DNA from: a virus
Lineage: Duplodnaviria > Caudoviricetes
DNA: 44,643 nt
Direction: 5' to 3' (one strand)
IMG/VR virus record: IMGVR_UViG_3300020045_006679
Coordinates: 1-44,643 of that record
The notes below the pieces were generated by a model. The model was not told the DNA's origin, ran no database searches, and saw only the letters and a program-made list of their open reading frames with translations. The translations under genes and the position numbers were made by a program. Within the stretch, counting starts at the first letter, position 1, and every line of letters begins with the position of its first letter. This document shows positions 9,528 to 16,319 of this stretch, one piece after another.

Positions 9528-9795
9528 AATGTAGGTGGCAACCTTGGCACATAGCCTTTAGGTTTTCTGGCTCGCAGTTTTCGGGAGTGTGGTCTAAATG
9601 TGCCGTAGTTAAAATAACTTTACTCCCAGTACCATACGCTGATTCATTATGTAAATTAGGGCATCTGCCTTCATGCGTTCCGCGCCCGCACTCGCCTTCA
9701 CACTCGCAACGCCATCCAGCTCTATTTTTAATAGAAATACTTATTTCTTTCCATGTTGCAGGATATCGAGTTTTATTTTCTGGTCTAATTGGCAT
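9436..9795 (-). CDS. HNH-type Zn-binding nuclease-like protein
   Basis: RYP..W...RAGWRCEC, LTTAHLDHTPENC..ENLKAMCQGCH. Confidence 0.75.
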   Translation of the reverse strand: MPIRPENKTRYPATWKEISISIKNRAGWRCECEGECGRGTHEGRCPNLHNESAYGTGSKVILTTAHLDHTPENCEPENLKAMCQGCHLHYDKDHHKQTAYATRKNNGTVDLFKPTTSEV

Positions 9796-9859
9796 CTTTC
9801 ATCCCCCTACACTCCCTAATAAACGATCATTTGTTGCTGGTTTTTGGTGTGTCTGGTAA

Positions 9860-9896
9860 GTTATGCACCAGTTTTGGTTGATAAACTATGTTATGC
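9860..9896 (+). mobile_element. attI-like integron recombination site
   Basis: Core G|TTATGC at 9890 with a direct repeat GTTATGC 30 bp upstream; no attC palindrome. Confidence 0.45.
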
Positions 9897-10145
9897 CCTT
9901 TTATTCCATTCTTTCATTGCGTCAATAACTCCAACTGCCTCCCACTGTTCTTTGGTGCCTTCACCCATTGTCTGAACTCTCACATCAGGTGATTGCGCTC
10001 CGCAATTTTCACACCTCGCATATCGCCATCTAAATGTTTCACCCTCATAAACGCCAACATCAGTTCCTCCGCAAAATGGGCAGGGCATAACAAGTCGTTC
10101 TAGGTTGTTCGTTTCACTCACTGGACTCACTCCTTCGTCGTTCAC
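9891..10145 (-). CDS. Lar-like restriction-alleviation protein (cassette 1)
   Basis: PCPFCGG..CENCGA..WNKRA; stop codon in the core site. Confidence 0.75.
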   Translation of the reverse strand: MNDEGVSPVSETNNLERLVMPCPFCGGTDVGVYEGETFRWRYARCENCGAQSPDVRVQTMGEGTKEQWEAVGVIDAMKEWNKRA

Positions 10146-10165
10146 CCCTAAACTATGCGTTAGGT
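10085..10165 (+). mobile_element. attC site 1
   Basis: R'' GCATAAC, 5 bp, L'' GTTCTAGG ... L' CCTAAAC, 5 bp, R' GTTAGGT; one extra C in L''. Confidence 0.88.
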
Positions 10166-10375
10166 TGCCCTTTGGTTCCAGTTCCTTTTAGCTGGGTCTA
10201 ACCAACCAAACCATGCAGTGCTTGGTAACATTCCACACTTGGTATAATTCATGCACGCTATCTTCATGCTGTCATCTTTAGAAACAAGTATTTCCGGCTT
10301 ACAACCGCAGTATGGGCAACCTAACAAATCATTCGAGTTCGCTTGCGCGGGACTCACTACACTCGCTTCGCTCAT
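10160..10375 (-). CDS. Lar-like Zn-finger protein (cassette 2)
   Basis: CPYCG..C....C..WNQRA. Confidence 0.7.
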   Translation of the reverse strand: MSEASVVSPAQANSNDLLGCPYCGCKPEILVSKDDSMKIACMNYTKCGMLPSTAWFGWLDPAKRNWNQRAT

Positions 10376-10406
10376 TCCGTTTCGCCCCTCAATTCAACCG
10401 TTATGC
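10319..10406 (+). mobile_element. attC site 2
   Basis: R'' ACCTAAC, 5 bp, L'' ATTCGAGT ... L' CCTCAAT, 6 bp, R' GTTATGC; one extra C in L''. Confidence 0.88.
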
Positions 10407-10601
10407 CCCAATTAAATCCAACCCATCTTGTGAAACAATAAACTTCCAATCTTTACCTACGCTAGCAAGATTAATTAAATAACCAGCTTCAACAGCCTCC
10501 CAATGCAGCACAGATACATCGCCGCTATTCAGGTATTCATGCCCATCCTTATTTATTTTCTTAACCAGCTTTATTACTTTATTTAATGTTTTTGCTTCCA
10601 C
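10401..10601 (-). CDS. Hypothetical protein (cassette 3)
   Basis: GTG start with AAGGAG SD; stop lies in R' of attC2. Confidence 0.65.
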   Translation of the reverse strand: MEAKTLNKVIKLVKKINKDGHEYLNSGDVSVLHWEAVEAGYLINLASVGKDWKFIVSQDGLDLIGA

Positions 10602-10620
10602 TTTATTAGCTCCTTATGTG

Positions 10621-10649
10621 GCATAACAATTCATTAGAGTTTGTTTGCA
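10621..10649 (+). mobile_element. Truncated attC site 3 (R''/L'' half only)
   Basis: GCATAAC-AATTC-ATTAGAGT; TGTGGCATAAC matches the complement of the cassette-3 start at 10/11. Confidence 0.7.
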
Positions 10650-10907
10650 TTATTTATCCTGATCTCTGATTGCTTTTGATAATTCACTGATGAGGTAATC
10701 ACAATCTAGGTGACTAATTTCACCGCCTTCTTTTAACCCATTTATTGCGAGTTTAATTTTGTTAATTGCGCTTTCTTTCTGGTATTCGATTGCGGCTTGC
10801 CATCCCTCATCAAATGTTCTTTCATGGTCAAGTTTCAACTGATCAGACGCATCTGGTCGTAGTTGCGGTAGTGTAATTTTCTGAAACGCTTCTCTACTAT
10901 CCATCAC
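10650..10907 (-). CDS. Hypothetical protein
   Basis: SREAF..GWQAA motif common in phage early proteins. Confidence 0.6.
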   Translation of the reverse strand: MMDSREAFQKITLPQLRPDASDQLKLDHERTFDEGWQAAIEYQKESAINKIKLAINGLKEGGEISHLDCDYLISELSKAIRDQDK

Positions 10908-11074
10908 CTAATCTTCTTATTTAACCAAAAAATTTTAACTGTTCTATCATCGTCATTTGTTGCAGTTATAGCGACTACATCACCATCAAAAGAATTAAGT
11001 CTCGATAATGTTACGTAAGTGCCTTTGTGAAACCAGCACCATATCCTTGCGTAAATCAGTTTGATGTATAACAT
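10904..11074 (-). CDS. 56-aa hypothetical protein (not in ORF track)
   Basis: MLYIKLIYARIWCWFHKG..KKIR; overlaps both neighbours. Confidence 0.5.
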   Translation of the reverse strand: MLYIKLIYARIWCWFHKGTYVTLSRLNSFDGDVVAITATNDDDRTVKIFWLNKKIR

Positions 11075-11280
11075 CACTTAAGCTCCTTTCTCCATTCGCC
11101 GACATAGCTTTTCAGTTTTTTTAATTTACATTCTTTTGGGTTATGGTTAGGAGTTAAAGCAATCAATTCCCCGTTATTGTTTACTATTTCAGCAGTTACG
11201 CCTATTGGCGGTATTCCGTAAGAGAATTTTATTCTGTCTCCAGCGACAACTTCATCACCATACATATCCTTCATAATCAC
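11074..11280 (-). CDS. Hypothetical protein
   Basis: KDMYGDEVVAGDRI; AAGGAG SD. Confidence 0.6.
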   Translation of the reverse strand: MIMKDMYGDEVVAGDRIKFSYGIPPIGVTAEIVNNNGELIALTPNHNPKECKLKKLKSYVGEWRKELK

Positions 11281-11298
11281 TCCTTGCGCTGTTGTGTG

Positions 11299-11493
11299 TT
11301 AAATACCTTGAGCATTTAAAAACCTTGCGTAGTCACGTGCATTTTCATGGCTTATGCACGGTTGTACATTTGTTATCAAAAATCCTTCATTTACAAAGAC
11401 ACACCACGCGTTATATTGGCTAAAATAATCAACCATGTAATAATCTGCTCCTTTCATCACTCCCCCTCTTTCTTTGGTAATAATCGTTTCCAA
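11299..11493 (-). CDS. Hypothetical protein
   Basis: ORF; start probably at MKGAD. Confidence 0.55.
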   Translation of the reverse strand: METIITKERGGVMKGADYYMVDYFSQYNAWCVFVNEGFLITNVQPCISHENARDYARFLNAQGI

Positions 11494-11876
11494 TGCGTAG
11501 GGTTTTTAATCAAATTGTAAAATCTATTATCAAAATACCTAATAATCCGAAACTTTGGCAAATCACCAAGACGCGCAATCACAATCATTTCGTTATGGTG
11601 CGGTTTTTCATCACCACTAATCGACAACCAACCGTCTGCGCTTTCTAATTCTTTAATTCTTTCTTGCATAACGGTACATTGATTATAAACATCGACAAAT
11701 TCGTCTTTATAGTGTTGTAATTCTTTTTTAAGTTGTTCAACATTGTCTGCGCGGGTGTTCCAGTGTTCTTTTTTTGAAGAGAATGTACAATCTAAACATC
11801 TGACCCAAACATTGATAAATTTAGGAACTTCCTCTATATTTTTACTACCGCACGGACAAGGCAATAATTCACTCAT
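11457..11876 (-). CDS. Lar-like Zn finger + coiled coil + DUF551-like protein
   Basis: LLPCPCG..CLDC..WNTRA; WLSI...P ... PTHW. Confidence 0.65.
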   Translation of the reverse strand: MSELLPCPCGSKNIEEVPKFINVWVRCLDCTFSSKKEHWNTRADNVEQLKKELQHYKDEFVDVYNQCTVMQERIKELESADGWLSISGDEKPHHNEMIVIARLGDLPKFRIIRYFDNRFYNLIKNPTHWKRLLPKKEGE

Positions 11877-11877
11877 A

Positions 11878-12081
11878 TCATTCCTCTCTTGCTTTTAGCA
11901 TATCATCAGCAACATTAAACGAATCTTTTACTGTATCCCTAGTTAAACCGTTGTGAATAATTAGTGCTGTCATAACCTTAGCCGCGAAGTAATCTCTTAA
12001 TGTCATTCCGCTAGTCCATTCAAGAGAATCAGCTGTTTTATGATCTTCTGCGACTGGAAACGCAGGTATACTTTTATCCAT
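11878..12081 (-). CDS. Conserved phage hypothetical protein
   Basis: PAFP..GMTLRDYFAAK..ADDMLKAR. Confidence 0.75.
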   Translation of the reverse strand: MDKSIPAFPVAEDHKTADSLEWTSGMTLRDYFAAKVMTALIIHNGLTRDTVKDSFNVADDMLKAREE

Positions 12082-12125
12082 CTCACTTCTCCTCTGTTGG
12101 TAAAATTATTGAAAACCATTCGCAA

Positions 12126-12212
12126 TCATCTAATCCATTTTATTATTCCGCACCGATCTTGTAGCCATTCTGCGCTACCTTGCGGGTTTTGTGAGATAGT
12201 GAATCTTTCCAT
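12126..12212 (-). pseudogene. N-terminal remnant of a YqaJ/lambda-exonuclease-like gene
   Basis: AGGAG SD; MERFTISQNPQGSAEWLQDRCG followed by an early stop. Confidence 0.55.
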
Positions 12213-12220
12213 TTCAGCTC

Positions 12221-13528
12221 CTACGTTTCAATGCTCGGTTGATAATCTCTCCAATTTGAAAAATAGAGAGAGTTATCGTCATTACGCCAAGTTGATGCCA
12301 TAGCCGCATGTACATTTTTGCTTGCCTCCCCATCGTAAGCGTCAGGCTGTACTCGCAATAAATATCGCTTAACACTACCGTCTGGCTCTGACGTTGAGTT
12401 AAGGCAATCAATCATAATCATATCAGTATCATCTTTACGTTGTTTACGTAAAAGACGAGCTGTTTGAAGGCCTTTGATGTAATAATTATCTGGTAATTCG
12501 TGGATGACTTCAGCATCTTCAAAATACTTTTCTTGCCCATAACGTTGAATCATAATTCTACGCACTTCGGCATTTTTCTCCAAATCAATCATTTCTTTCG
12601 TGATTAACTCAGGATTTTTTACAACTAATTCAGGGACAGATACGCCGTGTATGTGGAATAATTCCCAACCATCACGCCATCTATGTGAGCACCCATCATC
12701 ACAATGCGGTCTATTTTGTTCGTCAACTTTTAAAATTTCTGGGAAGTCGCTGACCATGCAAAACTTTTCATGCATTACTCTAAACCCGCCGTGAATAGCG
12801 CATTTTTCCCAAGCCGAATATTTTTTATAAATTGGTAATTGTAGTTTTAAAATATCTCGCGTGGCTGTTAAGTAGCAATCCCATCCAGCCCACATATTTC
12901 CACCTTGATACATTCGCCACCAACCAGTTGAGCAGCTTAATAACCACTTAGCTGCTTTTTCGTTATTTTTTACTAGCCCCAAAGCAACCTCATAAAAAAC
13001 AGTGGCCGAGTCAGTGGCCGAGTCAGTGGCCAAGTCAGTGGCCAAGTCAGTGGCCAAGTCAGTGGCCAAGTCAGTGGCCAAGTCAGTGGCCAAGTCAGTG
13101 GCCAAGTCAGTGGCCGAGCGAGTGGCCGAGTCAGTGGCCGAGCGAGTGGCCGAGTCAGTGGCCGAGTAAGTGGCCGAGCGAGTGGCCGAGTCAGTGGCCG
13201 AGTAAGTGGCCGAGTAAGTGGCCGAGTCAGTGGCCGAGCGAGTGGCTAGGAAATTATTATTTGTCCGCGACCTTAAATACCAAATTCCAGCCGCAAAACC
13301 TCCAGCAAATGCCATAATTCGCGGGCTTGGGACTATTACAACGATAGGCTCATCTAGCCCGCTTACTGTATATAGTTCTTTTATAGCCGGAATTATTTTA
13401 TCAGGCTCAATCGGGTCTGTTCTAAAAGCGCGAGATATCCACAATTTAGAATGCTCATCCATTAAAGCCTTTTCTTCATCAGTAATTCCACCGCCCGCAA
13501 AATCAGGCCTTCTAATTATTTCGCTCAT
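12221..13528 (-). CDS. DUF6745-like protein with tetrapeptide repeat tract
   Basis: PHCDDG..WRDGW..HGV.VP, EKNAEVRRIMIQRYG, NST.EPDGS.KRY.LRV. Confidence 0.75.
   Translation of the reverse strand: MSEIIRRPDFAGGGITDEEKALMDEHSKLWISRAFRTDPIEPDKIIPAIKELYTVSGLDEPIVVIVPSPRIMAFAGGFAAGIWYLRSRTNNNFLATRSATDSATYSATYSATDSATRSATYSATDSATRSATDSATRSATDLATDLATDLATDLATDLATDLATDLATDSATDSATVFYEVALGLVKNNEKAAKWLLSCSTGWWRMYQGGNMWAGWDCYLTATRDILKLQLPIYKKYSAWEKCAIHGGFRVMHEKFCMVSDFPEILKVDEQNRPHCDDGCSHRWRDGWELFHIHGVSVPELVVKNPELITKEMIDLEKNAEVRRIMIQRYGQEKYFEDAEVIHELPDNYYIKGLQTARLLRKQRKDDTDMIMIDCLNSTSEPDGSVKRYLLRVQPDAYDGEASKNVHAAMASTWRNDDNSLYFSNWRDYQPSIET
13001..13246. repeat. Coding minisatellite, 20.5 x 12 bp
   Basis: Units AGTGGCCGAGTC and variants; encodes ATDS/ATDL/ATRS/ATYS. 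Confidence 0.95.
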
Positions 13529-13538
13529 GTTGTTCTCC

Positions 13539-13850
13539 TTAGTCAGCTACTATTCTTGGCTCTAAATCATCATTCCATTCAACTTGCCTAGGTAAATCAT
13601 ATTTGCCATTAGGAATAGATATTTTTGTATGTTCTTCGTGCTTTAAAAGCCCTTCCGTTTTAACAATTTCAAGATGCCTAATTTTAGGGGCTTGATAAAG
13701 CTTTGCTGAATTATCATAAAAAGCGTGCGCATGTCCGGTAACTTCGCCGTATGCCAAAACAATCCTGTCTTTTTGCTTAATTTCAGAGCCTTCTGCTTTA
13801 TCGGATTGCACAATTAAAACATCGCCTTGTCTTACGATTAACTTACTCAT
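13539..13850 (-). CDS. His-motif protein usually paired with DUF6745
   Basis: RQGDV, LAYGEVTGHAH, HEEH, RQVE, VAD. Confidence 0.75.
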   Translation of the reverse strand: MSKLIVRQGDVLIVQSDKAEGSEIKQKDRIVLAYGEVTGHAHAFYDNSAKLYQAPKIRHLEIVKTEGLLKHEEHTKISIPNGKYDLPRQVEWNDDLEPRIVAD

Positions 13851-14121
13851 TACTTTCTCCTTGGTTTGATAAAACTGTTGGCTCAACAATAACTGCGCTA
13901 ATGCTTGATGCGTTTGTTAACGCATCTTTACGCTCATTGTATGCTTTTGTAATTGCGTCACGCGCCGCCTGTTTTGTTTTGTATTTGGTGTAGGCGTTAG
14001 CAAACGCATTTTTTAGATCGTCCAACGTATCCGCCTTATTGATTAGAGCTAAATCAGCGTCACCGCGCTCTAATAAATCTTCAAGTGTAGCTTCGTCTAT
14101 GTAAAAGTAATCACGCGGCAT
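13843..14121 (-). CDS. Hypothetical protein resembling the C-terminal helical domain of ERF-type recombinases
   Basis: INKADTLDDLKNAFANAY..YNERKDAL. Confidence 0.45.
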   Translation of the reverse strand: MPRDYFYIDEATLEDLLERGDADLALINKADTLDDLKNAFANAYTKYKTKQAARDAITKAYNERKDALTNASSISAVIVEPTVLSNQGESNE

Positions 14122-14317
14122 TTTGATTCTTCATTTGCTCAATGCCTTCTAAGTTTGCTAATTCTTGAGTTGGATAAATGCGCGTCTGCCACTTCACGCC
14201 GCCAATTTCCCATGCCGCATACCAACCTTTCAAACAACCGATATGGTTACATTGAAGTATTTGCATGATTCTATCTCCCGAAAATTTTGTATGCTTTTTG
14301 AAGTATTTTTTTTGCAT
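14111..14317 (-). CDS. Hypothetical protein
   Basis: ORF; start probably at MQILQ. Confidence 0.5.
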   Translation of the reverse strand: MQKKYFKKHTKFSGDRIMQILQCNHIGCLKGWYAAWEIGGVKWQTRIYPTQELANLEGIEQMKNQNAA

Positions 14318-14519
14318 CTACTGGATTATCACGCAATACACTTTCCTCAAGCGCATCCTGATAAAACATAGATTTATTATGATGTTGATTAGATATTGAA
14401 CACATTATCGCAAGTCTTTGCTCTAATTCATCGTTGCGCGTCAATAATTCTTTTTTAGATGCGGTTTGCGTAATTGAAATCGAATATTTTCTTTTACTCA
14501 TGCTTATTCCTCCTGCCAC
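14271..14519 (-). CDS. Hypothetical protein
   Basis: AGGAGG SD before MSKRK. Confidence 0.55.
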   Translation of the reverse strand: MAGGISMSKRKYSISITQTASKKELLTRNDELEQRLAIMCSISNQHHNKSMFYQDALEESVLRDNPVDAKKILQKAYKIFGR

Positions 14520-14764
14520 ACTCGCGGCTTGCCGTTAGGGTAAAATGCTTTTGTCGTCATCTTGTCATTCGTGAAATCATTTACATCGGTTACATAATCC
14601 AGCGTACCCCACACTTCCCGATTGCGCTCGCCGTTATTTATGTAACGTGCCTTCACTGTCTGCCCTACAATAGCAAACACTTCGGCAATCAAACGTGTGC
14701 ATGGTCTATCAACATCATTAATGATCACTCTACTTCCGATTTTAATTGGCGTTTTATTGCTCAT
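14504..14764 (-). CDS. Hypothetical protein
   Basis: AGGGG SD; first clear gene after the promoter at 14981. Confidence 0.6.
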   Translation of the reverse strand: MSNKTPIKIGSRVIINDVDRPCTRLIAEVFAIVGQTVKARYINNGERNREVWGTLDYVTDVNDFTNDKMTTKAFYPNGKPRVWQEE

Positions 14765-14966
14765 AATTTTTGACGTACCCCCTTTGAGCTAACTCGAAAA
14801 ATAATTCCCGTTTTTCGGATTTTGCAAACGTAAATATGTGTACAAAATTCGGGAAAATCAAATTAAAATTATGGGGTGTTATGTAGTGTTGTTCATAGAT
14901 AGATAACCCTTCAATTATCGTTAGTAGAATATTCAGCAAATCAACTTAAAAATAAAGTAAACAAAA

Positions 14967-14982
14967 CTGATATGACAAACAG
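14967..14982. promoter_or_regulatory. SOS-box-like operator
   Basis: CTGTTTGTCATATCAG on the - strand (CTG-N10-CAG), overlapping the -10/+1 region. Confidence 0.65.
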
Positions 14983-15009
14983 TGTATACCTAATCAGATA
15001 GACCGTCAA
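14981..15009 (-). promoter_or_regulatory. Leftward sigma70 promoter
   Basis: TTGACG-17 bp-TACACT. Confidence 0.7.
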
Positions 15010-15217
15010 GCAAATTGTGAAAATATTTTTTTAATTCTCCAAAAACTCCCCGCACCCCCGCATAAAAACAATCCCCTTCTAGTCAACTTCCCCATCGTCA
15101 CACTGACACTAACTTTTTCAGAACCCTTACAACCGAATAACCCACTTTGGCGGTATGGTATTATTTCGCTGAATGAACATTCATTCAATATTGAATAGGT
15201 ATTCAAGTCACTTTATC

Positions 15218-15236
15218 CTTATAAATCAATGAGTTA
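15218..15236 (+). promoter_or_regulatory. IHF-like binding site
   Basis: AATCAATGAGTTA fits WATCAANNNNTTR; 18/19 inverted copy at 19778-19796. Confidence 0.55.
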
Positions 15237-15614
15237 GGCATATAGTCTTTAAACGCAATACAAAGCTTTGTGGGCGCGTTTTAGCTTAGTGGTGCTATGG
15301 TGCGGCTCATAACGCAAAATCGCCTAGAATTAAATCGTAGGCGGTCAGTGTGTGTAGTTTGTCGGTGTGTGTGTCGCTGATTGTGTCGGTGTGAGCGTAC
15401 AGGCGCGATAGCGCGAAAGTTGATAGCGTAGTTAGTAGCTACGCAATGCGATCCCGTGTCGGCTTATACACTGTCACTGGGTCAGGTTTATTGCGAGTTT
15501 ATTTATTGCAGATTTTATGACGTGGTTTTATTGCGAGTGTGTTTCGTTACTAAAAAAACTTTTGCATTATGCGCTAATTTTTACACTAGCGCACAATACA
15601 AAACTTTTTATTTT

Positions 15615-15794
15615 TTAGTATGGCATTAAATCTAAAAAATAATCAGGCTCAAGCCCAAAATCAGCATATAGAATATTTTCAGGGTTTTCGCCTTCTAACA
15701 CTCTTTGCTTTGCTTCGATTATTAACTCATTTGCTTCATTATCAGATAAGCAATCTCTTTGCATTATCACTTTTTTTAATTCGCACATAACCAT
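15615..15794 (-). CDS. 59-aa conserved phage hypothetical protein (not in ORF track)
   Basis: MQRDCLS..EA...GENPENIL..DFGLEPDY; AAGGG SD. Confidence 0.65.
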   Translation of the reverse strand: MVMCELKKVIMQRDCLSDNEANELIIEAKQRVLEGENPENILYADFGLEPDYFLDLMPY

Positions 15795-15836
15795 TACCCT
15801 TTTATGTTTAAGTTAATTTAATTTTACTTTTTACTG

Positions 15837-16088
15837 TTATGCTTCCTCGGTGCTAAAAGTTTTTATATAAATATCAGCATCGGCAAAATTTTCGGTTATG
15901 GTTTTTGCATCGTCGACAGATAGCACGATTATGTCACTGCTATTTTTTACACGTTGCAATCCGCCCGCCTTGAAAAAATTACCTTGTGCGGTTTTGTATA
16001 GCGTAAAATATTCATAATCATCTTTATAGCTGAATACCTTTTCGCCAGTTTGTGTATCGTACAGTTTGCCTTTTATAATTTTTTTCAT
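15837..16088 (-). CDS. Conserved phage hypothetical protein
   Basis: MKKIIKGKLYDT..LYKTAQGNFF. Confidence 0.7.
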   Translation of the reverse strand: MKKIIKGKLYDTQTGEKVFSYKDDYEYFTLYKTAQGNFFKAGGLQRVKNSSDIIVLSVDDAKTITENFADADIYIKTFSTEEA

Positions 16089-16102
16089 TGTGTTACCTTT
16101 TT

Positions 16103-16318
16103 TTAACTTGTTATAAATAGCATTATTGAATAACCGAATAATGCACCGAATAAAACAGTAATTAAAAAACCTAAAAAGTTTTTAAAATAAATCATTAAAA
16201 TACTTTTTATATCTTGCTCAACAATAGCTGATAAATCGTAACAATTCATAGGTTCGTCAGTTATATTGGGATTGGTTAATAATTCTGCCGCTATTTGATT
16301 AGATAATTTTTTAATCAT
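16103..16318 (-). CDS. Small protein with C-terminal TM segment
   Basis: Hydrophobic C-terminus. Confidence 0.55.
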   Translation of the reverse strand: MIKKLSNQIAAELLTNPNITDEPMNCYDLSAIVEQDIKSILMIYFKNFLGFLITVLFGALFGYSIMLFITS

Positions 16319-16319
16319 T

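Noticed and set aside
11298-11304. Further cassette boundary (GTTAAAT at a stop codon; likewise GTTATGC at 15836)
   Set aside because: No complementary R'' or L boxes found at the other end of these genes
13001-13246. CRISPR array or DGR variable region
   Set aside because: Contiguous 12-bp units without spacers, in frame within a gene; no cas or reverse transcriptase gene and no template/variable repeat pair seen
14754-15206. ORFs 14754-14939 and 15006-15206
   Set aside because: TTG starts, no recognisable motifs, and they flank or overlap the promoter/operator; more likely leader or regulatory DNA, though not excluded
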